Shown in pieces: positions 9,947 through 20,062 of a stretch of DNA of 64,000 nt. The DNA is from a virus. Lineage: Duplodnaviria > Caudoviricetes. Every line of letters starts with the position of its first letter. Positions within the stretch are counted from its first letter, which is position 1. Under the pieces are notes generated by a model that saw only the letters and a program-made list of their open reading frames with translations, was not told the origin of the DNA and did no database searches. The stretch lies in IMG/VR virus record IMGVR_UViG_3300028591_000075, positions 96,001 to 160,000 of that record; one strand, given 5' to 3'. The position numbers and the translations under genes were made by a program.

Positions 9947-10213
9947 ATGTCATCCGAGCGGCACTTTGCAGTCCGCGTGGACATTAAGAGCCTGGCAGCC
10001 AACAAGGACCTGCCGGGCCATTCTCTTGATTATCATGACCTTAAAGTGGAAGCGCCTATGCTCATGGAGCCGTCATACGGCACCCATGACGAGGCTGCTG
10101 CCAGGGTCCTGGACTTGATGGCACATGGACGGGGAGAGGAAATCGAGGTCGATCTTCCAAACGGACAACATTATAAAGGACCTCGATATTTTTATTACAC
10201 TACGAAAGGGTAA
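9947..10213 (+). CDS. Hypothetical protein
   Basis: GGAG SD before ATG 9947; fills the gap between genes. Confidence 0.55.
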   Translation: MSSERHFAVRVDIKSLAANKDLPGHSLDYHDLKVEAPMLMEPSYGTHDEAAARVLDLMAHGRGEEIEVDLPNGQHYKGPRYFYYTTKG

Positions 10214-10218
10214 TACTT

Positions 10219-11535
10219 ATGGCAACAGGAATGGAAAATCTAGATCCGGAAAGCCGGAAAATCCTTGAACAGGCGATGTCGATGGATTCGGCAAATCGGG
10301 CCATGGGGATGAACGAGGTGCGTGCCGCGGAACAACGCAAGCTGGCCGAGGACATGGAAAGGAAGAATGCCGAGGCCCGACGCAGACGGGGAGCCGCAAT
10401 CGCCGGCGAGGACCCCGTTGTCCAGGCGATGAAGAGGCAGTCCCCAATCAAGCGCCGTAAGGGAATGGTGAAGCAGGAAGTTCCCATGCCGATGGCACAG
10501 CCGGAACAGATTGCTCCCGCCGTCCAGCTTCCTCCCGAGCAGACTCCTGCAGAAACCGCGATTGACACCGGGGCAATGCGCCAGGCTTTCGCGAAACTTA
10601 GCGGGACTAACCAGGCCCCGGTAATTCCGGAACCTCCCATGCCTGAACCTGAACCGGCCATTGAACCTCCTGTCCAGACACCTCCTGAACCGCCGCAAGT
10701 GCGCGTGACCGTTCCGGAGCAGGATTTCAATGACCACCCATTGGATTTCGATCCGTCGCGTGATGTCAATGTCTTTACGCCGATATCTCATCTTCCGTCC
10801 AAGGGCCTGTTCTATCCGGGTCAGTTGTTCGGTCAGTCGCTGAAACTTATCGACAACTATTACTTGGATGACATTGTTGACGGCTCGGCAAATACCAGGA
10901 CTGCGATCAACGCAATCCTCGGTCGCCGTATCCGCGGGGTTGACCCGTTGGACATCTTGACCATCGACGAGGCCTACATCCTTCACTGGCTGCGTGCATC
11001 TTCGTTCCCGAAGCATGGCCTGTGGCACCCTGGGTACAAGTGTCCCCACTGTCAGTTCGATACCGATACCGACAACGTGTACAACGATTTCCGTATCGGC
11101 TTCCGTAACTTAAAGTTTACATTGACGAAGGACATCGACGCGCTTGCCGCTCTGCATGGTACCAACGGGTACCATTCCGGTTTCCTGGATGACGGGCGCG
11201 AATGCCATGTGTATGTGCACCGCCTGAGACATGCGGTCGAACTGAACGACTTCATTGGCAAGTGGGAAAAGCGTAACGGGATGACTGCTCCTAACGCCAT
11301 CCGCAAGGCTGCCGGTGTCGCCACGGTCGTCGAAATCGAGGGTTGTGAGAATATGGACGAAAAGTTCGCCTATATATCCGAGCTCCCCGAAATCCAGAAG
11401 GAAAACTTTGAAAAGCTGGTTGTCGAAGGTACGGTTGCGTGCAACGTGTCTGCGGTACTCACCTGTGGTCGATGTGGAGGCGTGGTTGAAACACCATATC
11501 CCTTTCGAGTACAGTGGTTTGTTTCCAGTCTTTAA
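10219..11535 (+). CDS. Baseplate hub / tail assembly chaperone (T4 gp26-like) with a disordered P/E-rich N-terminus
   Basis: LPSKGLFYP, LTIDEAYILHWLRASS, two CxxC motifs (CPHC, CGRC); upstream of the tape measure. Confidence 0.75.
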   Translation: MATGMENLDPESRKILEQAMSMDSANRAMGMNEVRAAEQRKLAEDMERKNAEARRRRGAAIAGEDPVVQAMKRQSPIKRRKGMVKQEVPMPMAQPEQIAPAVQLPPEQTPAETAIDTGAMRQAFAKLSGTNQAPVIPEPPMPEPEPAIEPPVQTPPEPPQVRVTVPEQDFNDHPLDFDPSRDVNVFTPISHLPSKGLFYPGQLFGQSLKLIDNYYLDDIVDGSANTRTAINAILGRRIRGVDPLDILTIDEAYILHWLRASSFPKHGLWHPGYKCPHCQFDTDTDNVYNDFRIGFRNLKFTLTKDIDALAALHGTNGYHSGFLDDGRECHVYVHRLRHAVELNDFIGKWEKRNGMTAPNAIRKAAGVATVVEIEGCENMDEKFAYISELPEIQKENFEKLVVEGTVACNVSAVLTCGRCGGVVETPYPFRVQWFVSSL

Positions 11536-11719
11536 CATAGTGTCGCTTACCAAGGACAAGGCCCTGGTATCCGAGATAACCAACAACAGCATGGCGGATT
11601 GCGACCGGATGTTTATTCCCGAATTCCTGGAATTGCTTGCATACGCTGAACAGCGGTTCAGGAACATGTATGTTCAGACGAACGGATATGTTCCATTGGG
11701 CTCCCCAGGTACAATATAG
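11507..11719 (+). CDS. gp51-like chaperone segment, probably made as a +1 frameshift extension of the upstream gene
   Basis: SMADCDRMFIPEFLELLAYAEQ resembles gp51 / tail-chaperone T segments. No SD-backed start; UUU_CGA site at 11503-11508. Confidence 0.55.
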   Translation, partial: EYSGLFPVFNIVSLTKDKALVSEITNNSMADCDRMFIPEFLELLAYAEQRFRNMYVQTNGYVPLGSPGTI

Positions 11720-11772
11720 GGCCTCAAAGGTTATAAACTATCCGGTGATAATATAGTCGCCGGATCGTTTTT

Positions 11773-13800
11773 ATGAGTGGACTTTTTAACGGAAATTCTA
11801 GCGTGGCCCAAACCACCGCAGCTACAAAGGAAGTCGAGGCACCCAAGTCTTCGAATTCCAATGATTTCTCCGCGGCTATTGCATCCATAGGAACTGCCAT
11901 CGGGGAATTGAAGGAAGCCTTCCCGTCCATGATGGAAACGGCGTTTACCACCGTGATTTCCAGCGATGCGACAAACAATGCGCTGTATGACGCGCTTGCC
12001 TCGGCAACCTACGACAGCATGGCGGCATTGCATGATGAGGGGAAACTCGGACCGAACGAGCGAGAAAAATCTAGTGAGGCTGAGTCTCGTGGCGAACGCG
12101 GGTTTACTCGCGCCGAATTGCTTGCAATCGAAACTCTTGACCAGAATGAGCAACTGGCCAATGCAATATCTACAGCATTTGACAAGTCTCTCGAAAAATC
12201 GAAGTTTGACCGTGCTGCCGACGTTGGTGCAACCGCGGCCAAGGCCGCTGCCGATACTACCATCGATGCCACTGCCGAGGCTACGAAGGGTGTCGGGAAG
12301 ACCGGCCTATCCGTTGGTCTGGAAGCGACCAGGGGTGCACTCGACCTGGTGGGACAACTTCCCGCCGGTGTGATTGAGAGCGCCATTGCCCGTAACCCCG
12401 GCCCGTTGCTTGACCGGATGTTTGGCTCGCTTGAAAAGACCGGTACCAACGTCATCGACAAGGGTGTCGATGGCATGGCGGACACCGCGAAGAATGTAAG
12501 CTCGAAGACCATTGACAATGTTAAGAAGGGTGCATCCGATGTTCGTGATGCCTATGCGCAGGGTGAAGGCGAAGGCGAAGGCGAAGGTGAAGGTGAAGGG
12601 GAGAAACCAAAGGTTACTCCCAGGGCACCTATCGAAGCAACCAGCATGACATTGGGCACCCAGCCGAATATGGGCCTTGGTATGCCAAATTCCATGATGG
12701 GGCAGCCGAACCCAACTGGGGCCGACATCAGCCGTAAGCGCATGATGGATGACATGAGTATGAACTTCATGTCCAAAACGGCTCCGGATTTCATGTCGAA
12801 GGGCAACGAGGTATTTGACAAGATTTTGAATGATGAACTGACTGTCCATCTCGATGAGGATATTGGACAGTCGGTTGGCATGAGTATGCGTGGGCTTCCT
12901 TGGGGCGCGATGCTTAAAGGCGGTGGAATGCTCGCACTCGGTGCGGCCACCATTGCATCGCTTGGCGCCATTGCTACTGCGGGTAAAGAGTTGTGGGATT
13001 GGCACAAGGCCAATGAGGAAGCTGAAAAGAACCTTGACAACATTGCCGAGAACAGTGCCAAGGGAAATGAGCGCATGAAGAACGGGGTCAACAATGACCT
13101 CCGTGATGCCAATATCAAGGATGACAAGGCCAGTGTGGAACTTGCCAAGGCTGAAAACGGTATCGGCAACAGCATCCTGGGTTTCTTCGGTTACAAGACT
13201 GATGAAATCCGAGAAAAGGAAGCTGCGAAGATGCAGGCTAAGTCCGAACAGGCGATTGAGCAGCGTCGTTATAGGGAGCTTCTTGATCGTGCCGAGGCCT
13301 ACGGCATTAAGCGCACTGACAGCGAGGCCGTCAAGAAATGGGTGGAAGAACAGAAGAAACTTGCTACCCAGGCCGGTGTCAACGTCGAGGACAAGGGTGC
13401 TTTCATCCGGTTCCAGAACGAAGAGCTTAAACGGTACAAGGAGGCCCAGAAGAAGGCCGTCGAACAGGGTACCCAGCCGAACCAGCAGGGCCAGGGCCAG
13501 CATGGACAACAGGGTCAGCAAGGGCAGCAGCCGAACAACGGGGCACCCGATGCGGCTAATCAGGCGAATGGCGCTCCTATGGCCGCGGGTTCAAATACGA
13601 ATACGACACAGAATACGGTCAATGCCGGCACCGGTGCAATGACCGAGGATATTCTCAGTGCCGAGGAAAAGCTCAAACAGTACAAGTTGTACACCTTCGA
13701 GGGCATCCGCGATGCGCTGTTGCTCCCGGAAGTGCAGTCGATGTTCACCGCAACTGCACAGACCGCCGGTGCGTCTGTCGAACAGAAGTTGATGGGGTAA
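11773..13800 (+). CDS. Tape measure protein (T4 gp29-like)
   Basis: Ala/Gly-rich helical protein with a hydrophobic GGMLALGAATIASLGAIA stretch; lies between the chaperone and baseplate genes; TATAAACT at 11732-11739. Confidence 0.7.
   Translation: MSGLFNGNSSVAQTTAATKEVEAPKSSNSNDFSAAIASIGTAIGELKEAFPSMMETAFTTVISSDATNNALYDALASATYDSMAALHDEGKLGPNEREKSSEAESRGERGFTRAELLAIETLDQNEQLANAISTAFDKSLEKSKFDRAADVGATAAKAAADTTIDATAEATKGVGKTGLSVGLEATRGALDLVGQLPAGVIESAIARNPGPLLDRMFGSLEKTGTNVIDKGVDGMADTAKNVSSKTIDNVKKGASDVRDAYAQGEGEGEGEGEGEGEKPKVTPRAPIEATSMTLGTQPNMGLGMPNSMMGQPNPTGADISRKRMMDDMSMNFMSKTAPDFMSKGNEVFDKILNDELTVHLDEDIGQSVGMSMRGLPWGAMLKGGGMLALGAATIASLGAIATAGKELWDWHKANEEAEKNLDNIAENSAKGNERMKNGVNNDLRDANIKDDKASVELAKAENGIGNSILGFFGYKTDEIREKEAAKMQAKSEQAIEQRRYRELLDRAEAYGIKRTDSEAVKKWVEEQKKLATQAGVNVEDKGAFIRFQNEELKRYKEAQKKAVEQGTQPNQQGQGQHGQQGQQGQQPNNGAPDAANQANGAPMAAGSNTNTTQNTVNAGTGAMTEDILSAEEKLKQYKLYTFEGIRDALLLPEVQSMFTATAQTAGASVEQKLMG
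12562..12603 (+). repeat. (Gly-Glu)7 hexanucleotide repeat in the tape measure
   Basis: GGNGAR x7. Confidence 0.9.
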
Positions 13801-13803
13801 TGT

Positions 13804-15144
13804 ATGGCGTGGTCAGCAAAGGAAATAAGAAAGAAGAAGTATTTGCCGTTTCCGGGTCATAACGACAAGGTTTCGAAGTCGTACCATTCTGAAAAGTTGC
13901 CGAACCCGAACGTTATCCGTATCGAGGTGCTGTCACCGTCGGCAAAGGCCGCATACCTGAATGGCGGTCTGTATGCAATGACCAACAAGTTCCAGCATGC
14001 CTTGATGGAAACGATGCTGTATGATGACGCGACGAAGCCGTTCTATGGATTTGTTGATCCCGAGGAAACTGCCGGTGTTACGTTTGGCGTGTCTGCATCA
14101 TGGGAAAAGGGAAACCACGGGTTCGGTGAAGTTGCCAAAGTGTTGAAGGGTGTGACCGGTGCTGTCTCCAGGGTTCCGGTTGTTGGTGCCGTCGGCAGTG
14201 TTGCTGGTGGCCTGATCGGGGCTGCAGAGAAGATTGGCAATTTTTCAAAGGATATGGCTAACATGGCTGGTCTAAATACCGATTCAACCGGCGCATGTAC
14301 CATGCGAGATTTCAAACGCGCAACGTTTGATTTTAATAAGACGGTGAAGTGCAAGTGGTATATGCCGGAACAGGAATATATGGCTCGGCTATCTATTTCC
14401 CGATTATTGACGCTCACGTTTCTGCGTTCGGCAAATATGGATGATAAGGATGTGTTGGGAAAGCTCACCAGTGCAATATCTGAATTAACTAGTAGTCAGG
14501 AATGGGAAAATACCATGTCATCCATAAGTTCCATTGGCAATGAAATTGCTGGAATGGGTAAGAGTATCGTAAAACTCGGGAAGAGCTACGCAACTGATGT
14601 CCTGGGTGGTGGTATTGTGAATGGGGCCACGGATCTAGCGAATGGCGCTGCTGAATGGATGGGTGATTTCCAAAATTCTGTTTCCGGCACATGGGGCTTG
14701 AATGAAAAGGCTGAAACTGCCAAAAATGCTCTTGCACCGAGTGAGGATACAAAGAGTCTTGCCGGTGATGTAATGAAACAAATCGTAAATGGGGGAACGG
14801 ACATTCTCATGAAAGTAAATTCGTTCTTTGGTGGAAACATCACGGTAAACCCATTCCCGGTGCGAGTTACAATCGGGCATATTCTGGATATTGAGCCGGT
14901 TGTCATTGAAAATGTTACGTTCCATTCAAGCAAGGAGCAGTTCATTTCGGAGGATGGGACACATATTCCACTGTACATTACAGCCGATATTAAATTTGGC
15001 ATGTGGATGACGCCTGACCCGAAAAAAGGTTTCATTCGATGGATGGGTGATGATGTGTTCAATAGTGGTAGGTATTTGAGGAGCGGCAAGGCCAGTGGGA
15101 ATCGGGGGACATCCGGTAACGGCGGTGGCACCAAGAAGAAATGA
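13804..15144 (+). CDS. Baseplate tail-tube initiator (gp48/54-like)
   Basis: Follows the tape measure; C-terminal PFPVRVTIGHILDIEPVVIENVTF...PLYITADIKF is a tube-fold pattern. Confidence 0.6.
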   Translation: MAWSAKEIRKKKYLPFPGHNDKVSKSYHSEKLPNPNVIRIEVLSPSAKAAYLNGGLYAMTNKFQHALMETMLYDDATKPFYGFVDPEETAGVTFGVSASWEKGNHGFGEVAKVLKGVTGAVSRVPVVGAVGSVAGGLIGAAEKIGNFSKDMANMAGLNTDSTGACTMRDFKRATFDFNKTVKCKWYMPEQEYMARLSISRLLTLTFLRSANMDDKDVLGKLTSAISELTSSQEWENTMSSISSIGNEIAGMGKSIVKLGKSYATDVLGGGIVNGATDLANGAAEWMGDFQNSVSGTWGLNEKAETAKNALAPSEDTKSLAGDVMKQIVNGGTDILMKVNSFFGGNITVNPFPVRVTIGHILDIEPVVIENVTFHSSKEQFISEDGTHIPLYITADIKFGMWMTPDPKKGFIRWMGDDVFNSGRYLRSGKASGNRGTSGNGGGTKKK

Positions 15145-15156
15145 GGTGGATAGACT

Positions 15157-15609
15157 ATGGCAAAAGAAGAATTTCCGCGCTTTCGCGAACGCAACTTTCC
15201 GATTTTGAGTTCATTTAAGCTGCCGTTTTACCGTGGTGGTCGCCTTGACCTGGTGTGCGCCGACAGGTATGACACGCCTACCGCCTACAAGGTGTTTGCT
15301 GCCGCCAATAGGATAATGAACCCTATGCTGACCCGTCCGGGGATTCGACCCACCGACGAATCCATCCGTAACGAACTAGTTTTACGGGGGTACAGTGGCA
15401 GCGCACTGGAAGCGGAACTTCGCCGGATAAATGACCTCATGATACGTGGTGTCAGGGATTGGCTGGGTTATTCCGATTTCGGAAATGGAAATATCACCGA
15501 TGCCGAACCGGATCGTCTGATATTTGTCCCGTCACCGGATAGCGCTGTCCAATGGTACGATAGGTACAATGAACTGAATGAAGTGGTCGAGGAACAGGAC
15601 GACGAATAA
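15157..15609 (+). CDS. Baseplate wedge LysM-like protein (gp53-like)
   Basis: RLDLVCADRYDTPTAYKVFAAANRIMNP. Confidence 0.7.
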   Translation: MAKEEFPRFRERNFPILSSFKLPFYRGGRLDLVCADRYDTPTAYKVFAAANRIMNPMLTRPGIRPTDESIRNELVLRGYSGSALEAELRRINDLMIRGVRDWLGYSDFGNGNITDAEPDRLIFVPSPDSAVQWYDRYNELNEVVEEQDDE

Positions 15610-16967
15610 TGGGTGGAGTATCTAAAACAGGTTCAAACTTTGTAGTGGCGTTTTCACTGCCGAAGTCACAGAGCCCGGAAGTGGATGGGTATGTTGTCAT
15701 CAACGCACCCAGTGTTCGTGAATTCTCCATGTCGTTTCCATTGAACGCCATGCCAAGCGGCCATGCCACCTGTACCTTGAACCATCTTGCTGATATTCCG
15801 GTTGCCGGAAGCTATGGCTCGATGGTTATCCAGGAATACGGTGCTGACCAGAAGGATGACAAGGCCTTCGGGATTTACATCTCCAATTTTAGCCAGTCCC
15901 AGAGTACGACTGATAGCGTCGATATCTCGTTCGATTTTGTCATCGGTTCCAAGGAAGCCGATATGAAGCAGGTTAACTTTGCCTGCACCGGTACCAGTTC
16001 GACCGCGATGAAGGAAGTTGTGAAGAAGAGCGAGATGGAATGCATCTCCAGGTATGTCGATAATGGCAAGAATTCCGACACCATGGTATGGCGTCTGGTA
16101 AATGGTAACTTTGAAGAAAACATGAACTACATTGTGTCGATGTCCTATATTCCGTCGGATATTCTGTACTGGATATTTGACGAGATGAAGGGCAAGATTG
16201 TCATCTCCACATTCAATACCGAGAAGGCTTCGAAAGTGCGCTCGATGATGTTCTATTCGCAGGATGCGCTGCTATCGACCAAGGATGCCGTCTATAAACC
16301 AAAGGCACTTGCCGGCACCTCCATATATCGTTACCAGTCTATGACCAGGGAAGACCAGTCTTCCAGGTGGCGAGCATCCATGTTCCCTAACCTGATTGTT
16401 GACACTACAACCAACAATGGCCAGAAGGAAACCGGCGACTGTGGTGGGGAATGCCTCGATGTTATCATGACGACCGCTGGAGCGGGTGAATTGCCGTCCG
16501 GTATGAAGCCGTCTAGGAACAAGAACAGTTCCGGCGTATATGGCGAACCGAAACTGGCCATGTCCTTCCCGATGAATGGCCATAAGAAGTATGCCGTTGC
16601 CGATACCATTCGTGCAAGGCTCATGTCGGAGTATAGCCGAGTTGCCAAGGTGAGGATCTTCAACCATTTCGGTCCTCCGGTTGGCTCATGTGTTTATCTG
16701 ATGGCGAACAACTTGCTCATAAAGCAGGGCCAGTTGAATGCCGACCCGAATTATACAGCCCGCTACATTGTCCTGGAAAAGCAGGTGACCAAGAAGAATT
16801 CCGTAACGTCCGGTACCCTTGGTAATCCCGGTCAGACGATGACGAGCGAATATGAGACCGTACTTGTCCTGGCGACTAATTTCCAGTATTCGAAGAACCC
16901 ATCCAAGGAATATGGCATTGTCATGAATGCCGTTAAGCAAGTGGTTGATAACCTGAAGGAAAAGTAA
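15609..16967 (+). CDS. Baseplate hub protein (gp27-like)
   Basis: Lies between the gp53-like and gp5-like genes; beta-rich; size fits. Confidence 0.55.
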   Translation: MGGVSKTGSNFVVAFSLPKSQSPEVDGYVVINAPSVREFSMSFPLNAMPSGHATCTLNHLADIPVAGSYGSMVIQEYGADQKDDKAFGIYISNFSQSQSTTDSVDISFDFVIGSKEADMKQVNFACTGTSSTAMKEVVKKSEMECISRYVDNGKNSDTMVWRLVNGNFEENMNYIVSMSYIPSDILYWIFDEMKGKIVISTFNTEKASKVRSMMFYSQDALLSTKDAVYKPKALAGTSIYRYQSMTREDQSSRWRASMFPNLIVDTTTNNGQKETGDCGGECLDVIMTTAGAGELPSGMKPSRNKNSSGVYGEPKLAMSFPMNGHKKYAVADTIRARLMSEYSRVAKVRIFNHFGPPVGSCVYLMANNLLIKQGQLNADPNYTARYIVLEKQVTKKNSVTSGTLGNPGQTMTSEYETVLVLATNFQYSKNPSKEYGIVMNAVKQVVDNLKEK

Positions 16968-16968
16968 T

Positions 16969-18198
16969 ATGCCAGAGTCAACCCTTAATGTAAGAACCAA
17001 TGGCCGAAGGCTTCCACTGCCCTTTTATTATGGACAGGTTGTCGGCACAATGGTTGATACCAATCATACCGGTGCTGTCCAGGCAATTATCAAGGGAGTT
17101 ACCGATGACTGGAAGGTAGAGGAACAGCCATGGGTGTACCCGCAGCTTGGTTTGGGTCTTGAAGCAGTCCCACAAGAAGGGTACTGGCTTCTCATCAAGT
17201 TTCTGAATGGCGACATCATGCAGGGACTTTACTATGGCGTATCTGCAACGCCGTCGTTCTTGCCGAAGGAATATACCGATAACTACCCGTTCCTTGCCGT
17301 GGCCAACCTCGGTGAGCATAACTTCCTCTATACCCACAACCGTGATACGCATGTGACCAAGATTGACAATCCGGGTAACGGTAGCAATATCACCTGGGGC
17401 CCGAATGGTGCAATCACCATCGAATCGGATAGTTACAGCAGCGAGGAAGGTGCGAAATCCCTGCCGGTTCTTACCGAGGGAACAATCGACATCTTTACCT
17501 GCATGCCGGTGGGTCATGGCGAAAGCGGCGTTACCCAGGGTAGTGAATACCTGGCCGTGTCCCATGTCTCGGCCATGACCATCGAGATGCTTCGCGGTGC
17601 CGGTCCCCAGGAGGAAAAACCGCCTAAGGTTGATGAAGGTGGCGATGGTTCTAACGTGGCCGAACTGTATGGTGCCGATGGCAATGTCGTTGAAACCGTG
17701 GCCATTGAATCCTGTGGTCCGGATGGCTTTGCTGTCCGTAATGGCAAGAAGGCCACCCATATCCTTATTTGCTGCACCGAAGGTGTGCCATTCTCCTCCA
17801 AACTCGCTGACTTCATGTCAAGCGACGCAAAGAGTGTCCCGCACTACCTCGTGGGTCTGGGCGGTGGTGCACCGGATGTCATCGGCGCGAACGACACCGA
17901 TCCTGCCGAATTGACCAACAACGGCTTTGTCCAGATGATTGATTTGGAGAACGACGCTACGGTCGGCAAGGACATGAAGTTGAGCAAGCTGCGCAACAAG
18001 AAGGCGAACGTGGATGCGATTGTCGTTATGTTCTACGGTGATGGCATCCTGAACCAGTATCAGAAAGATAAACTGGCATTGATTCGTACCAGTGCAGTGA
18101 AGACCTTCGGACTGGATGGCGAGCCGCCTATATTTGCATACCAGAGGTCGATGGTCGATCTGTCTTACATAAATTTGAAGGAATATGAGGATTCGTAA
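16969..18198 (+). CDS. Baseplate central spike (gp5-like OB fold) fused to a degenerate Amidase_2-like domain
   Basis: N-terminal YYGQVV..DTNHTGAVQAII..PWVYP..VPQEGYWLLIKFLNGDIMQGLYYG; C-terminal THILICCTEG, SVPHYLVG, FVQMID, NVDAIVVMFYG. Confidence 0.7.
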   Translation: MPESTLNVRTNGRRLPLPFYYGQVVGTMVDTNHTGAVQAIIKGVTDDWKVEEQPWVYPQLGLGLEAVPQEGYWLLIKFLNGDIMQGLYYGVSATPSFLPKEYTDNYPFLAVANLGEHNFLYTHNRDTHVTKIDNPGNGSNITWGPNGAITIESDSYSSEEGAKSLPVLTEGTIDIFTCMPVGHGESGVTQGSEYLAVSHVSAMTIEMLRGAGPQEEKPPKVDEGGDGSNVAELYGADGNVVETVAIESCGPDGFAVRNGKKATHILICCTEGVPFSSKLADFMSSDAKSVPHYLVGLGGGAPDVIGANDTDPAELTNNGFVQMIDLENDATVGKDMKLSKLRNKKANVDAIVVMFYGDGILNQYQKDKLALIRTSAVKTFGLDGEPPIFAYQRSMVDLSYINLKEYEDS

Positions 18199-20060
18199 TG
18201 GCCGCAAAGACTTGCCAAGAAGTCCTTGATGGGGACAAGCAGAACCTTACCGGTGTCACCGGTAACGTGGTTCCGGCTAACCCGGAGCCAACGTCGGATT
18301 CCAAGCTGTCGCTCAATGACAAGGTCAATGAGTTCTTTGACATATTTAACGATACGTCGAAGGCTATCCAGAAGTCGGCAACTGACCTGTACATGTACGA
18401 CTGCTCCGACCATCTATATGACTGGATTACTGACCTGTGCCCATGGTTGAAGACGGGCCTCAAGGCGGTGGATTCTGCCAAGAAGTTCATGAATTCGTTG
18501 AGTAGTGGCGTGAAGTTGAAGGACTTCATGGCCACCAATACCGTGACGAAGGCAATCTGTAACGCGATTGCGACATTCTACGGGACCCTGATTGGCTGGC
18601 TGGAAATATGTACCAAGGCTGCGTTTGTGCTGTTTGAGAAGATTGATGCCGCTAGAAAGAAACTCGAAAAGGCGATGAAGCGCATTACCAATGCTACGCT
18701 GGCTTGTTTGCTTGACATTTACGATGCTATTGACAAGTATTTGCAGAACACTATTGAGCTTTCTCTTGCTGTTGACTGGAACGGCCTCATCAAGTTCATG
18801 ACGAAGTGCCCGTGCGTTTCTAGGTTCATCGCGTATATAACCGGTTGCGATAAGGATGATGACGGGAATAGCATTTCCGACAATCCTACCGAAATCGTGA
18901 ACTGTATCAAAGAAAAGTTCTCCTTCCTTGATGGAGCCACTCTTGCTACCGGCCTCTCGAAGCTGATGGACAAGTACATCAGGCAGTATCTCGTATTGTT
19001 CTTTGACTTTATCAAGTTCGGTATCGATTTCCTGTTCAGCATGATTATCGCCCCGTTCCGTTGGCTCATCAAGCAGTATGCCGACTTCCTGCGCAAGAAG
19101 TGGGATGTTACAGTAATGATAGAAGGTTGCAAGGAAGCACATCTTGACTGTCTGTTCGTGTACACCACCGAATATGAAGGCGACCGTGAGTATTACGGCA
19201 TGTCGATTATCGACATGATAACCACCCTGAAACGGATGATACCGTGTCTGGAATACGGGTGTCCCGGTTTGAGTGACAAGATCCGAAACAAGGTAAAGAA
19301 GCTGAACGAAGACCTTCGCCTCACCGATAAGTTCTGGGACCGTGCGTTCGAGGCGGACCTGTACATGTGCTGTATCGATGCCGATGCGGAACGTGCGTAC
19401 ACGTTCAAGCAGTTGCGCGAAATGTGGGATTCCTTGTGGGATAGATTGGTCTCCAAGACCCAGAAGGCTGCTGTCGTCGTGGAAGAGAACCGAAAGTCCG
19501 TCACCCTCGGCTCGTTCGGTGTCGCTATCGACGAGGCAAGGCGCGAGGCCGGCGTGAAGCCCAAGGACCCGTATGCCAGCTTCGACGACCCGTACAAGCA
19601 GGCCGCTACCTTCGCGACCGGTCTGGACCTGGAAAACAACATCATCAACGGTGATGAGTATGTGTCCAGCAACGATGAGGATATCCTGATAAAGGTTGCC
19701 GGTTCCATCGTGCAAGGCATGAAGAACGGTGATGACTACTACAATGAGAAGTGGTACCAGTACCTGAGGTTCAAGGCTGTCAAGGAGTTCAGCGACGGTG
19801 GCATGGACAAGCTGCAGAATTACTCCGATGAACTGACCGAGTCCTACAAGAGGGCCCCGGTGCGTAGCGCGTACATGCCTGGCCCACGCCGTCGTCTTCC
19901 GCTTGAAATCGATACGGATGAGCGTCCTCCTAACTATAAGCCGGATAACGACTATAACCAGCAAAGGGTCGAGGTTCTGCTGGCCACTACCTGGGAACCT
20001 TCCGGAAAGTCCGAGTCGCTGTCCGATTACTATGCGAGAATGTATGCAAAGGCGGTGTAG
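18198..20060 (+). CDS. Cys-rich helical protein in the baseplate operon
   Basis: 620-aa ORF coupled to the gp5-like gene. Confidence 0.75.
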   Translation: MAAKTCQEVLDGDKQNLTGVTGNVVPANPEPTSDSKLSLNDKVNEFFDIFNDTSKAIQKSATDLYMYDCSDHLYDWITDLCPWLKTGLKAVDSAKKFMNSLSSGVKLKDFMATNTVTKAICNAIATFYGTLIGWLEICTKAAFVLFEKIDAARKKLEKAMKRITNATLACLLDIYDAIDKYLQNTIELSLAVDWNGLIKFMTKCPCVSRFIAYITGCDKDDDGNSISDNPTEIVNCIKEKFSFLDGATLATGLSKLMDKYIRQYLVLFFDFIKFGIDFLFSMIIAPFRWLIKQYADFLRKKWDVTVMIEGCKEAHLDCLFVYTTEYEGDREYYGMSIIDMITTLKRMIPCLEYGCPGLSDKIRNKVKKLNEDLRLTDKFWDRAFEADLYMCCIDADAERAYTFKQLREMWDSLWDRLVSKTQKAAVVVEENRKSVTLGSFGVAIDEARREAGVKPKDPYASFDDPYKQAATFATGLDLENNIINGDEYVSSNDEDILIKVAGSIVQGMKNGDDYYNEKWYQYLRFKAVKEFSDGGMDKLQNYSDELTESYKRAPVRSAYMPGPRRRLPLEIDTDERPPNYKPDNDYNQQRVEVLLATTWEPSGKSESLSDYYARMYAKAV

Positions 20061-20062
20061 CC

